DNA of 63,588 nucleotides, filler included, from Octopus bimaculoides (lineage: Eukaryota), in the NCBI RefSeq assembly GCF_001194135.2. It is 3 parts of 3 records of this genome, joined end to end, with 100 filler letters (N's around TTAATTAATTAA, not from the genome) between each part and the next. Parts side by side here need not be neighbours in the genome. Positions count along the whole stretch, not along the records: positions 1 to 30,732 come from NC_068994.1; 2 more parts are not named here. One strand, 5' to 3'. Of this stretch, positions 13,088 to 24,750 are shown in pieces. The notes beneath the pieces were generated by a model. The model did not search any database and was not told where the DNA came from. It saw only the letters and a list, made by a program, of their open reading frames with translations. The position numbers were made by a program, and so were the translations under genes. Numbering within the stretch: position 1 is the first letter of the stretch; every line of letters starts with the position of its first letter.

Positions 13088-13345
13088 GCCTACCTGTTTT
13101 AGCTTGTTCATTCCCTATCAACTAACATTCTATCTATCTATCTATCTAATTGTCTATATAGCTATCAATAATTGTATACAAATATATACATATAATATAT
13201 ATATGCGTATATACACACACATACGTACACACACGCACATACACGACTAATATTTATGTATACATATATAAGTGTATATATGCAGTTTCACATGCATATT
13301 CATGTACATATATATATATATATTCACACATATATGTGCGTGTGC

Positions 13346-13384
<39 letters not shown>

Positions 13385-13741
13385 CACACACACGCACTCT
13401 GATCAATAGACAGACAAGTAGATAGATAGATATAACTGTATGTCTGTTACTCTAAGTCTCGTGGATGGAGCTTAGTTAACAGTTATTACATGTGTGCATG
13501 TGTGTTTGTATGTACGGTTGTGTGTGCGTGCGTGCGTGTGTGTATGCGTGGATGGATTATTGCAGCGATGTCCTGATGAGAAACGAGTATGTTTCTCAAT
13601 GGTAATCTTGTTATGTTTCATTCCTGTAGTGTAGCATCATGGGCAAGAGTCTTTTCCACGGTTTCGAGTCGGCTTAATGCTTGTGTACGAAATCAGCGCA
13701 CGGGTCTAGAAACCAGCCCAGCGGAAACATTATACCTGTAG

Positions 13742-13975
13742 GAAGGCGGTGAGCTGGCTGAAACGTTAGCACGCCGGGCGAAATGCTTAGTGCTATTTCG
13801 TCTGCCGCTACGTTCTGAGTTCAAATTCCACCGACGTCGACTTTGTCTTTCATCCTTTCGGGGTCGATAAATTAAGTATCACTTACGCACTGGGGTCGAT
13901 GTAATCGACTTAATCCCTTTGTCTGTCCTTGTTTGTCCCGTCTATGTTTAGCCCCTTGTGGGCAATAAAGAAATA
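13742..13975 (+). mobile_element. SINE family B, full-length copy
   Basis: ggcggtgagctggctgaaacgttagcacgccgggcgaaatgcttag...gagttcaaattcc (B-box)...ctttcatcctttcggggtcgataaattaagta...ggcaataaagaaata. Confidence 0.9.
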
Positions 13976-14282
13976 GGAAACATTATACCTGTAATTCATA
14001 CTACCAGTTAATTTACTTAATACGTCAAGCCTATTCTCCCTGAGAATTATGTAAACATTTGACGTGTCTGCGGAATATTCCGTTGCTTACACGCTAATTC
14101 AATAAACAGGCTGGTTCCTTAGTCAGACAACTAGAACACCCATCGTCAAAAAAGCCGGAATGTCATACAGACACACAATGTATGCAATATACACACACAT
14201 GTATGCAATGCACGCGCATATGCACGCACATGCAACACACACACACACACGCACGCAGAAACAAATCTTAATCTAAAAGAAC

Positions 14283-14505
14283 AGGTCTGATATGCTTGGG
14301 TACGGGGGCCGTGCACCGTTACAATGTGTTGATGCATCCACCATTTGTCGGTATTCGCGAGCAACCCTCTCAGCAGTGTCTCAATGAGTCCCCGTCTCTG
14401 TGAGATACTTCCTCATTCGTCATGACCATGTAGCATGTGGCTGACCAACACAAGCCGTCACCTCAGCTGGACCAAACAGCCTGAGATGACGCTCCCGCAT
14501 CAAAC
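14283..14505 (-). mobile_element. RTE-clade LINE 3' end fragment
   Basis: Manual minus-strand translation gives RERHLRLFG, GQPHATW and YRQMVDASTHCNGARPP, resembling RTE ORF2 C-termini. Stops are present. Confidence 0.55.
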
Positions 14506-14679
14506 ATATCGCTTTCTAAAAGAACCATAAGGTTTGTTTCGTAAGTAACCGAAAGTGCAGATACATTAACCCAACAAAAAGTAATTAGTCACTGCACACA
14601 CCTTTAGTTGTGATTAGCACGGTAATACGCCCATGTAATGCAGTTTTGAAATGGAAGAGGAAGATAACATCTTTTATAT

Positions 14680-14992
14680 ATTTCAGTCATTTGAACTGCG
14701 GCAATGCTTTCTTAAAGGGTTTCATCCAACAAACCGACCCCGGCTACATATTCTATTGGTCACAAAATTCCGAATCGCTAAACAAACCAACACCAGTGGT
14801 AAAGCGAGTAAGAAGCGAACACAAACACACACACACATTTATACGACGGGCTTTCATTCGGCTTCCGTTTACCAAATTCACTCACAAAGCATTTGTCGGC
14901 TCAGGGTTGTAGTAGAAAGCACTTGACTAAGATGGCGCACAGTGGGACTGAACCAAAAACTACATAATAGCAAAGCAAGCTTCTTATCTACG
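14680..14992 (-). mobile_element. SINE family A copy
   Basis: gacgggctttcattcggcttccgtttaccaaattcactcacaaagc...cagtgggactgaacc is the reverse family A body. Confidence 0.8.
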
Positions 14993-15269
14993 AAGCAATG
15001 CCTGATGCTATTTCATATAAGCGTAGAGTTTCTACGCTTATATGAATAATCAAAGTAAATGTTTCTTAAAAGAGGCTGTAACATCTTTCTGTTTGTTTTT
15101 AGTTTTAACTAGACTTCAACCACCAACTTTATGCTTTTACATTGCAGATTGATACAAATGATAAGAAAAAAAGAACTACTTCACTTGGTGAGGATGATGT
15201 CGATGATTCGAGAGCAAATAGAATTTTGAAAAATATTATTTTGTTATCTGCTATACTGCTATCAACCAG

Positions 15270-15620
15270 ATACCTTCCTTGTGTCCCGCACTCCTGGACA
15301 TAGTTTCCTCTTTGTTATGTTGCATGTATACAATCAACCAGACACACGTTTCCTTTCATTCTTTGATGTCGCCTATCACAAGCGTTTTTGACGGCTCTTG
15401 TCTTCCACGCTTCCTATCGGGATGATTTGGGGCAATGACTCGTGTCCAAAATATGATAGCTGAGAGGACTGGATTCTCGATAATAGGTTTTTTAGGACTT
15501 TCAGCTTTTCTAGAACTGCAGCGTTTGTTACCCTGTCTTTCTAGCTAGTCCTGCTCAATCTACGAAAGGTCTACAGCTCTTCTCCATTGTTCTGTACATT
15601 GTCCAAGTTTCTTTCTCGTA
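15270..15620 (-). mobile_element. RTE-clade LINE C-terminal fragment
   Basis: The minus strand encodes LYEKETWTMY..DRVTNAAVLEKLKVLKNLLSRIQSSQLSYFGH..IIPIGSVEDK across frameshifts, matching the RTE post-RT motifs. Confidence 0.65.
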
Positions 15621-16370
15621 GAGGAGAATTGAAATAATACAACAGTTTACCAGCCTCAATTTTAGGTACAGTGTTATGTCTTTTTATATGAAGAATATCA
15701 TAAGAATGCTAAACGAATATATAAGAATATAATATTATATTATTTATAAGAATATTTTACATCGTAGTGATCAGAAAGGAGCGAAAAGGGAAAGAAACGA
15801 CAAAGTGTTATCGCTAAAAACAAGGTGTAGTAGAAGGTGAATGAAAGCTAAAAAGAAGGGATTTGCTGAAAAATATTTATAAGAGCACATAAAAAAAGTG
15901 GGGAGAAAAGAAAGGATAAATAAGTAATGCATTAAGAAGCAGACAAAAAAGAACAAAGAAATGGTAGAGCATATTGAAAACAATGTGTATAAAAGTTGTT
16001 CGTAAAATCCAGCAAATACGAAATAATACACAAATAAACACACGAATTCGATCGCTGATGAGGGGAGACAAAAATAAATGGTCTTTCAATTATTCTAATT
16101 GTATAAATCTCCCGTATAACGTTACATTACCCGGTTAATTATACCCCAACTTTTCCTGTTTGCTCCTTCTGCACCGATGTATTTCTGTGATTTCTAAATT
16201 TAAAACTACATTTTCCCTAATCTAATTTACATTTAATTAACTTGGTACATTTTAATTTATTTAATGCGGATCCCAATTTATTTAGCACTCTCCTAATTAT
16301 ACATTAATATGTAGACTTTTATGGTTATTTCTTTTTAACTGACTGATTCTTGGGTTCTTTACTTATATAG

Positions 16371-16444
16371 ACGCTGATAAATTTGTTGACGCAGATGAAT
16401 TTTTCGGCGAATTTAAGAACTTCGATATTGAACACATGATATAG
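16371..16444 (+). CDS. Candidate terminal coding exon (x)DADKFVDADEFFGEFKNFDIEHMI*; EF-hand-loop-like
   Basis: It is preceded by a branch-like ttaactgac, a pyrimidine-rich tract and AG at 16369-16370. The acidic reading fits EF-loop positions 3-13 (D-A-D-K-F-V-D-A-D-E-F). It is short and unsupported by homology or RNA data. Confidence 0.3.
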
Positions 16445-16453
16445 AGTATAGAA

Positions 16454-16830
16454 GAGGCGGAGAGCTACCAGAATCGTTAGCATGCCGAGCAAAATGCTTA
16501 GCAGTATTTCGTCCGTCTATGCGTTCTGAGTTCAAATTTTACCGAGGTTGACGTTGCCTTTCATCATTTTGGAATGGATAAAATGAGTACCAGTCGAGCA
16601 ATGCGGTCGATTTGGGGGACTTGACCCCTTCGCCAAAACTGCTAGCCTTGTGCCAAAATTTAAAGCTAATAAATGGTACAGAATACGGCGGCGAGTTGGC
16701 AGGATTGTTAGCATGCTGGACAAGATGCATAGCGGTATTTCCTTTGTTTATACGTTCTGAGTTCATATTCCGCCGAGGTGGCTTTACCTTTCATTCTTTC
16801 GGGGTCGATAAAATAAGTACCAGTCTTGCA
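16454..16830 (+). mobile_element. SINE family B, two tandem copies
   Basis: aatgcttagc.gtatttc..ttctgagttca..tt..ccgaggt..tttcat occurs twice. Confidence 0.85.
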
Positions 16831-17384
16831 NNNNNNNNNNNNNNNNNNNNNNNNNNNNNNNNNNNNNNNNNNNNNNNNNNNNNNNNNNNNNNNNNNNNNN
16901 NNNNNNNNNNNNNNNNNNNNNNNNNNNNNNNNNNNNNNNNNNNNNNNNNNNNNNNNNNNNNNNNNNNNNNNNNNNNNNNNNNNNNNNNNNNNNNNNNNNN
17001 NNNNNNNNNNNNNNNNNNNNNNNNNNNNNNNNNNNNNNNNNNNNNNNNNNNNNNNNNNNNNNNNNNNNNNNNNNNNNNNNNNNNNNNNNNNNNNNNNNNN
17101 NNNNNNNNNNNNNNNNNNNNNNNNNNNNNNNNNNNNNNNNNNNNNNNNNNNNNNNNNNNNNNNNNNNNNNNNNNNNNNNNNNNNNNNNNNNNNNNNNNNN
17201 NNNNNNNNNNNNNNNNNNNNNNNNNNNNNNNNNNNNNNNNNNNNNNNNNNNNNNNNNNNNNNNNNNNNNNNNNNNNNNNNNNNNNNNNNNNNNNNNNNNN
17301 NNNNNNNNNNNNNNNNNNNNNNNNNNNNNNNNNNNNNNNNNNNNNNNNNNNNNNNNNNNGACAGAAACAAGTAATAGAGTAAAG

Positions 17385-18172
17385 AGTAAGAGTTTAGTCC
17401 AAGTGGCCGCCGTCAGCTTTCAGCATGGCCTCGAGAAAGCTTCGGAATCTGGCACATGCATTCCTCACTGTATCCATTGGAATTTCGAATAGTTCCTTGA
17501 TCTTGGGCACCAGCTCGGCCTTGGTGTTGCAGGCAGAGTGGTTGGTGTCTTTCTCAACCGCCGCCACACAACTCATAGTAATCCATGGGATTGTAATCGG
17601 GGGAATTAAGAGGTCAGAAATTGGGGGGGGGGCATTCGTATAAATTCTCCAACAACCACTTCTAACTGATTCCGGAGGCACGGCAAGGAGCCAAATCTTG
17701 ATGCCACACATATGGCCTTCCATCAACAACGCTCTCCAACCAGGGATTGGTCACAATCTCCAGTAGCTTCACATAGCCGTTTGAATTGAGTCTAAGGCCC
17801 TGTTCAAAGATGTGGGGTGGCATGACGTCACCCTCACAGGAGACATTCCCAAAGTTCATTACAGTTTGGGGGAACTTGCTTTTCATGATGTCCACCTCAC
17901 GTTTTGAAGCCTTTACAGTATTCACAGATCATTGAGCAGTAGTCATGGTTTCGGCAGTTTGATACCCGGCTCGAATCATCATGATACTGGTAACTCTTTT
18001 CCAATATTCAGATGGCTTCCAGTCCTCTACGTGAACTAACTTTTTCTCAATTACAACTTTAATTTTTATGCTCTCCAACGCCGTTGACTATTCACCAATA
18101 CATCAAGCTGTTCTTGGAAAAAAATAACAAAGTGGTGCCATAAAGATCGTCAAATTTAGCCCGAATATCCTG
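17385..18172 (-). mobile_element. Internally deleted maT (DD37D) Tc1/mariner element
   Basis: ORFs 17662-17925 (GRPYVWHQDLAPC) and 17394-17729 (AVEKDTN..ACARFRSFLEAMLKADGG). The terminus cagg lies at 18172, followed by TA. Confidence 0.85.
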
Positions 18173-18179
18173 TATTATA

Positions 18180-18408
18180 TTGGGTTGTCCGGAAAGTTCG
18201 TGTCAATTTTTAAAAGGAAAGAAAAAGGTCAATAAATACTTGCCATTACATTTTTAATCAACCAAATATGAACCATTTTGTTGCACAATGCGTCTCCATC
18301 TTTCCTTTAACTTGAAAATACCCTCTTCCCACAATTGAGGTGGTTTCATGGCTAATAAATCGAAAGGTAAGCTACTATAAATCGGCACGAACTTTCTGGA
18401 CAACCCAA
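18180..18408 (-). mobile_element. 229-bp mariner-derived MITE
   Basis: TIRs ttgggttgtccggaaagttcgtg / cacgaactttctggacaacccaa, TA TSD at 18178-79 and 18409-10. It encodes the mariner C-terminal remnant EGIFKLKERWRRIVQQNGSY. Confidence 0.92.
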
Positions 18409-18454
18409 TAGAATAATTTTCTGTATCAACATAGCACAAATAACCATAAGGTAA

Positions 18455-18655
18455 TTCTTTTCCAATATTCAGATGGCTCCCAGTCCTCCATGTCAGCTAA
18501 TTTTTTGCCAATTACAACTTTAAGTTTTATACTCTCAAACGCCATTGACTATTCACAAATAATATATCAAGCTGTTCCTGAAAAACAAAACAAAAAGGAG
18601 ATATAAAAATCGTCAAATTTAGCCCGAACAGCTTGTATTATAGAATAATTTTCTT
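18455..18655. repeat. Tandem duplicate of 17995-18430 lacking the MITE
   Basis: ttttccaatattcagatggct.ccagtcctc...gatcgtcaaatttagcccgaa...tgtatta-TA-gaataattttc occurs twice. Confidence 0.85.
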
Positions 18656-19479
18656 AATTAACAACATATTTACTTCAGTCAACGATCGAATAATTCATTT
18701 GTTTACTTAAACATTTAGTTTACTGAATTATATAAACGATTTAACTGCCAAATTTTATAGAATATTTATTAAATGTTATGAGCAATTTTACTGATGAATT
18801 TTGTAAACAATTTTATTTCTCAACTTTTCTAAACAATTTAATTGCTAAATTTTCTAAAGAACATAATTGTCAAATTTTATGAAGAAATTTATTTCTACAC
18901 ATGCTAACATATTACTCTATCANNNNNNNNNNNNNNNNNNNNNNNNNNNNNNNNNNNNNNNNNNNNNNNNNNNNNNNNNNNNNNNNNNNNNNNNNNNNNN
19001 NNNNNNNNNNNNNNNNNNNNNNNNNNNNNNNNNNNNNNNNNNNNNNNNNNNNNNNNNNNNNNNNNNNNNNNNNNNNNNNNNNNNNNNNNNNNNNNNNNNN
19101 NNNNNNNNNNNNNNNNNNNNNNNNNNNNNNNNNNNNNNNNNNNNNNNNNNNNNNNNNNNNNNNNNNNNNNNNNNNNNNNNNNNNNNNNNNNNNNNNNNNN
19201 NNNNNNNNNNNNNNNNNNNNNNNNNNNNNNNNNNNNNNNNNNNNNNNNNNNNNNNNNNNNNNNNNNNNNNNNCCAGAAGTTTTTACACATCTTTATATAA
19301 TCTGTTTTTCCTCCTTTTTTGTTCATTTTGAAACCCTTTCCGTCTATTTTTCATTTTCTATTCGTCTTCTTCCTTTGTAACTTTCTCGCTTCTTTCTTTT
19401 CCCGCCTAATTAAATACTCTTATTTTGTTGTCGAAATGCTCTGCTTTTAGCCATACCATTTCGTTGCATCTTTCTCGAG

Positions 19480-19670
19480 CAAGGCGGCAGCTGGTAGAAT
19501 CGCTAAAACGCCAAGCGAAATGCTTAGCAGTATTTCGTCTGTCTTTGCGTTCTGAGTTCAAATTCCGCTGAGGTCGATTTTGCCTTTCATCCTTTCGAAG
19601 TCGATAAATTAAGTACCAGTTGCGTACTGGGGTCGATCTATTTCACTGGCCCCCACCTCCACAAAAATTT
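19480..19670 (+). mobile_element. SINE family B copy
   Basis: aaggcggcagctggtagaatcg...gagttcaaattccgctgaggtcgattttgcctttcatcc. Confidence 0.85.
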
Positions 19671-19689
19671 ATTGGCTAACGTGAATATC

Positions 19690-19945
19690 TTTACCTATTA
19701 TTTGTTTGTCATTTGACTGTGGCCATGCTGGGGCACCGCCTTGAAGAATTTTAGGCGGTGTAATACACACACACACATATACGAGAGGCTTCTTTCAGTT
19801 TCCGTCTTCCAAATCCACTCACGAGTCTTTGGTTGGCCCAAGGCTATAGTTATAGTAGAAGTCACTTGCCTAAGGTGCCACGAAGCGGGACTGAATCCAG
19901 AACAATGAGGTTAGAAAGTAAACTTCTTACCATACAGCAAGGCCT
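19690..19945 (-). mobile_element. SINE family A copy (internally deleted)
   Basis: Reverse tail (ggccatgctggggcaccgcctt) and reverse head (cttctttcagtttccgtc..aaggtgccacg). Confidence 0.8.
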
Positions 19946-20010
19946 GCACCTACTGTTTGAACATATATGATGCTAAAATATATATTTTATATACGTGTTA
20001 GCTGAAACAT

Positions 20011-20295
20011 GTGGAGGCGCAATGGCCCAGTGGTTAGGGCAGCGGATTCGCGGTCGTAGGATCGCGGTTTCGATTCCCAGACGGGGCGTTGTGAGTGTTT
20101 ATTGAGCGAAAACACCTAAAGCTCCACGAGGCTCCGGCAGGGGATGGTGGCGAACCCTGCTGTACTCTTTCACCACAACTTTCTCTCACTCTTACTTCCT
20201 GTTTCTGTTGTGCCTGTAATTCAAAGGGTCAGCCTTGTCACACTTTGTGTCACGCTGAATATCCCCGAGAACTACGTTAAGGGTACACGTGTCTG
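20011..20295 (+). mobile_element. tRNA(Arg-like)-derived SINE family C
   Basis: A-box tggcccagtgg, B-box ggtttcgattcc, body shared with 63249. It is truncated by a gap. Confidence 0.85.
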
Positions 20296-22099
20296 NNNNN
20301 NNNNNNNNNNNNNNNNNNNNNNNNNNNNNNNNNNNNNNNNNNNNNNNNNNNNNNNNNNNNNNNNNNNNNNNNNNNNNNNNNNNNNNNNNNNNNNNNNNNN
20401 NNNNNNNNNNNNNNNNNNNNNNNNNNNNNNNNNNNNNNNNNNNNNNNNNNNNNNNNNNNNNNNNNNNNNNNNNNNNNNNNNNNNNNNNNNNNNNNNNNNN
20501 NNNNNNNNNNNNNNNNNNNNNNNNNNNNNNNNNNNNNNNNNNNNNNNNNNNNNNNNNNNNNNNNNNNNNNNNNNNNNNNNNNNNNNNNNNNNNNNNNNNN
20601 NNNNNNNNNNNNNNNNNNNNNNNNNNNNNNNNNNNNNNNNNNNNNNNNNNNNNNNNNNNNNNNNNNNNNNNNNNNNNNNNNNNNNNNNNNNNNNNNNNNN
20701 NNNNNNNNNNNNNNNNNNNNNNNNNNNNNNNNNNNNNNNNNNNNNNNNNNNNNNNNNNNNNNNNNNNNNNNNNNNNNNNNNNNNNNNNNNNNNNNNNNNN
20801 NNNNNNNNNNNNNNNNNNNNNNNNNNNNNNNNNNNNNNNNNNNNNNNNNNNNNNNNNNNNNNNNNNNNNNNNNNNNNNNNNNNNNNNNNNNNNNNNNNNN
20901 NNNNNNNNNNNNNNNNNNNNNNNNNNNNNNNNNNNNNNNNNNNNNNNNNNNNNNNNNNNNNNNNNNNNNNNNNNNNNNNNNNNNNNNNNNNTGAATTTTT
21001 TCAGTTGCAGAGTACCAAGGTTTGTTTTACAATCTCATTATATATATATATATATATATATATAAGAAATTAAAGATGGAAAATGCACACACTTTACATA
21101 GTTTTAATATAATTTTTAATATACCTTATATTGTTTGTCGACCGGTTTTGCTTTCGCTAATCATGGCACTAAAATTTATTTAAATACTTATGTTCCTCTT
21201 GAAGCGCATGTACACCTAAATAATATTAAGTGAATATCAAACTTGGTGCAGAAGTGCCAGCACCTGATATTCTTGCAGTGTATGCAGATAATACGACCCA
21301 GCTTAGTGAAGAGATCCGCTCTTGGCTATTCAGACATGTACTTTATATTGAAATACTGTCTACAACATTTCCGAAGGGCAGATTCCAGGATAAGTGAATA
21401 AAATATAAATGAGTGACAAAGAGGTACAAGTATATATTATTTATGAATATACCAATGGCCAAACATGTATTCATAAAAATAGAAGAAACACGTATATAAT
21501 TATGAACAAGTCACAATTATAACTAAGAGGGTTAAAAAACCTTTACATGTTAAAAATAGCAGCCAAAACCGCTATAAAGCCATTATTAACTCATACCATT
21601 TCTCCTCACGATAAAAACTGTCCTCAGGCGACATGGCAAATAGAATCCACAACTTGAAAAAAATGGTTAATTCTCTATTGCAATTTCGGCGTTAGGGACC
21701 ACTAAAGTGACCCATTCGCCGCGTCGGGGGAATATTCCTATGGATAGAAATCAAAACAAGATTTTACCTCGCGGCTAGCATGAATCCTGACCGGCAATAG
21801 AAATGTTTTCACTTTTATCTACACAATCATATATAATAGTGTACAAACGATTTACGTATTTATACACGAAAGAGGTGACATTTAACAGGACCCCTTACAT
21901 GATAGAAAGAGCAGTTAAAGCCCAAACCACGCAATTTCAAAGGGAATGTAAATAATTTTTTAAATAGTTTTGTAGCCCCCTCCTGGGGCGTTCAAAAGTA
22001 TTTTTTGATATTTTGAGACTTTGTTTTAACATTTAAAATCCGTATCAAAAAATATTGTAAAGTATCTTTTATAAAGAAAAAATTAATTTCGAAAATTTT

Positions 22100-22550
22100 G
22101 AAAATTAATTTTGAAAATTTTGAAACAAAATCTTTTACAGAGCGTACTTTAAGAATATAGCTTTACAATATATGTACTCTAAAACAATAATTTCACGCCG
22201 TTATATTTAATTTTTTTTTTTCACAAATTTCCTTTAAAACAAACCTACTTTGCAAAATGTAAGTTTGAATCAAACATCCCAACAAAATCTTCTTTGCAAC
22301 AAAATCTTCTTAGTAATGCACTTTAAAATAAACTTATTTTATAAAATGTACTTTAAAACAAACATTTTACAGCATGCACGTGCTTCAAATAAATCTAATT
22401 TTAGATGTACTTAACGATTACTATTTTGCAGCGTGTAACTAACAGCAAAAAGATAAAAATTGTAGCATGTACGTTAAATTATGCATCTCCGAAAATTTAC
22501 TTCAAAACATACATTTTAGAAAATGTACTTTGCATCATGTACTTTTAAGC
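22100..22550. repeat. Decayed ~30-bp AT-rich minisatellite
   Basis: Recurring (a)tgtactttaaaacaaacattttac-like units. Confidence 0.5.
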
Positions 22551-22689
22551 TAAAGTAACGAACCAATTAAATAATTAATTACAATATTTTATTTTAAATG
22601 GCGACTTGGGACTGTAACAACAATTTAGGTGGAAAGGAATTAGTTTTAAAAATTATTGCTTAGGAATTAGTATTTCTGACGTCAATTGG

Positions 22690-22980
22690 AGACGGAAAAC
22701 AAAAGGCAAAAATATAAAACAAAAAACAACAGCTACAGGAGTAGCAACAACAACAAAGACAACTATTAACAATAGCCATAGCAATAATAATAAGAGAAAC
22801 AATAACAACAACAACAACAACAACAACGTTAACATATGTAACGATAACAACAGAAACAGCAGCAGCAGCAACTCTGTTAACAATAGAAACAAGCAGAGAA
22901 GCAGAAAAAACAATATTAATAATAACAGTAACAACAACAAACACAATTGCACAACAACAAAAGTATTAACAATTAGAGTC
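22690..22980. repeat. Mixed (AAC)/(AAT)/(CAG) trinucleotide tract
   Basis: Directly visible; it explains the poly-Leu/Val ORFs. Confidence 0.9.
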
Positions 22981-23264
22981 AAGGAAGGATCCTTTAGTGG
23001 TTGTTCGACCTGCAAGAAATAGCAGTCAAATCTTCCTCAACTCAGAACCTTACCGTCTTTAGGAAATGTAGGATACGTTAGGTAATGTAATCTTAAAAGC
23101 AATGTTTGACTAAAAGACGGAATGGTCAAAGCTGGAACGCTTTCTTCGACCATATGTTTATTAGATCAATTTTAACGCGGAGCTAAACAGCAAGAACATT
23201 TCTTCAACAGTAGAAGCAACAGCAACAAGTTATAAAACAGTTATAACAACAAGAGTAACAATAA

Positions 23265-23485
23265 TGATGATTTCAGATCCTAGCACAACGCCAGCAAGTT
23301 CGGAAGGGAGCGCAAGTCGATGACATCGACCCCAGGGCTCAAATGGTACTTAATTTATCGACCTCGAAAGGATGAAAAACAAAATCGACCTCGGCGGAAT
23401 TTGAACTCAGAACGTAGCGACGTACGAAATACCGCGAAGCATTTTGCCCGGCGTGCTAACGATTCTGTCAGCTCGACACCTTTTA
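23265..23485 (-). mobile_element. SINE family B copy
   Basis: tggtacttaatttatcgacctcgaaaggatgaaa...ggcggaatttgaactcagaacg is the reverse family B core. Confidence 0.85.
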
Positions 23486-23514
23486 ATAACAATAATTCTT
23501 TCTACTAAAAGCAC

Positions 23515-23899
23515 AGAACCAGAGATAAGGAAACCATGATGATCCTCTGGAGGACATTCGTCCTCAGCCGCCTGGATTACTGCTCACAGCTGTGGTCACC
23601 CACCAGTCTGAAATTAACAGCAGACCTTGAAGCAATCCAGAGGAGATTCACAAAGAAGATTGTCTCTTTGCAACTGCTCAGCTACTGGGAAAGGCTGAAA
23701 CAGCTAAGACTCTACTCCCTGGAGAGAAGGCGGGAGAGGTATGCAGTAATATACATCTGGAAGATCCTGGAAGGAATTGTGCCAAATTTTGGCATTGAAA
23801 GCTACACCAATGCCAGAACGGGACGACACTGCATAGTGCCAAAGATCCCAGCAATGCCATCGCACTTCAGGACCAGTTACTGCAACAGCTTGGGATTCA
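23515..23899 (+). mobile_element. 5'-truncated CR1/L2-group LINE (ORF2 C-terminal region)
   Basis: Uninterrupted FVLSRLDYCSQLWSP..LEAIQRRFTKKI..SYWERLKQLRLYSLERRRERY. It runs into a gap. Confidence 0.85.
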
Positions 23900-24281
23900 N
23901 NNNNNNNNNNNNNNNNNNNNNNNNNNNNNNNNNNNNNNNNNNNNNNNNNNNNNNNNNNNNNNNNNNNNNNNNNNNNNNNNNNNNNNNNNNNNNNNNNNNN
24001 NNNNNNNNNNNNNNNNNNNNNNNNNNNNNNNNNNNNNNNNNNNNNNNNNNNNNNNNNNNNNNNNNNNNNNNNNNNNNNNNNNNNNNNNNNNNNNNNNNNN
24101 NNNNNNNNNNNNNNNNNNNNNNNNNNNNNNNNNNNNNNNNNNNNNNNNNNNNNNNNNNNNNNNNNNNNNNNNNNNNNNNNNNNNNNNNNNNNNNNNNNNN
24201 NNNNNNNNNNNNNNNNNNNNNNNNNNNNNNNNNNNNNNNNNNNNNNNNNNNNNNNNNNNNNNNNNNNNNNNNNNNNNNNNT

Positions 24282-24328
24282 ATATATAGTTTTAGGGAAA
24301 AGAACCAAGGTTCCCTAAAACTATATAT
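24282..24328. repeat. Perfect 18-bp inverted repeat with 11-nt spacer
   Basis: atatatagttttagggaa aagaaccaagg ttccctaaaactatatat. Confidence 0.9.
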
Positions 24329-24559
24329 TTATATATATTTTATACTGTGAAACTTAATTTAATTTTAATTTTTAATAAATTGATTTTAATTGAGTTTTTA
24401 CCTGTAATTTTGATTTTATCCCTAATATTATTATTATATATAAATATATATATATGTATGTATGTATATGTGTGTGCATGTATGTAACGATGTATGTATG
24501 TGTGCGTGTGCGTGTATGTGTGTGTGCGTCCGCGTGAGTGTGTAAGTATGAGTGTTTGT

Positions 24560-24750
24560 ATTTTTGTTTGTTTCCACCACAGTTTGACAACCGGTGTTGG
24601 TTTGTTTACACCTTCGTAACCTAGCGTTTCAGCAAAAATGAGCATTAGAATAAAAATAATTAAAAAAAGTACTGGGATAGATTTGTTCGACTAAACCTTT
24701 CAAAGCGGTGCTCCAGCGTGGCCACATTTCAATAACTGAAACCAATAAAC
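24560..24750 (+). mobile_element. SINE family A tail module
   Basis: ttgacaaccggtgttgg..acctagcgtttcagcaaaa..aaagcggtgctccagcgtggccaca. Confidence 0.75.

Noticed and set aside
688-13250. Many long YI/CV/HT-rich ORFs, here and throughout the window
   Set aside because: They are translations of dinucleotide microsatellites and N-runs.
13572-13600. CTGATGAGAAAC hammerhead-like string
   Set aside because: GAAAC is taken up in a GAGAAAC/GTTTCTC hairpin, and there is no stem II, cleavage triplet or stem I.
20011-20090. tRNA-Arg-like gene (also 63249)
   Set aside because: No acceptor stem closes, and it continues into a shared SINE body.
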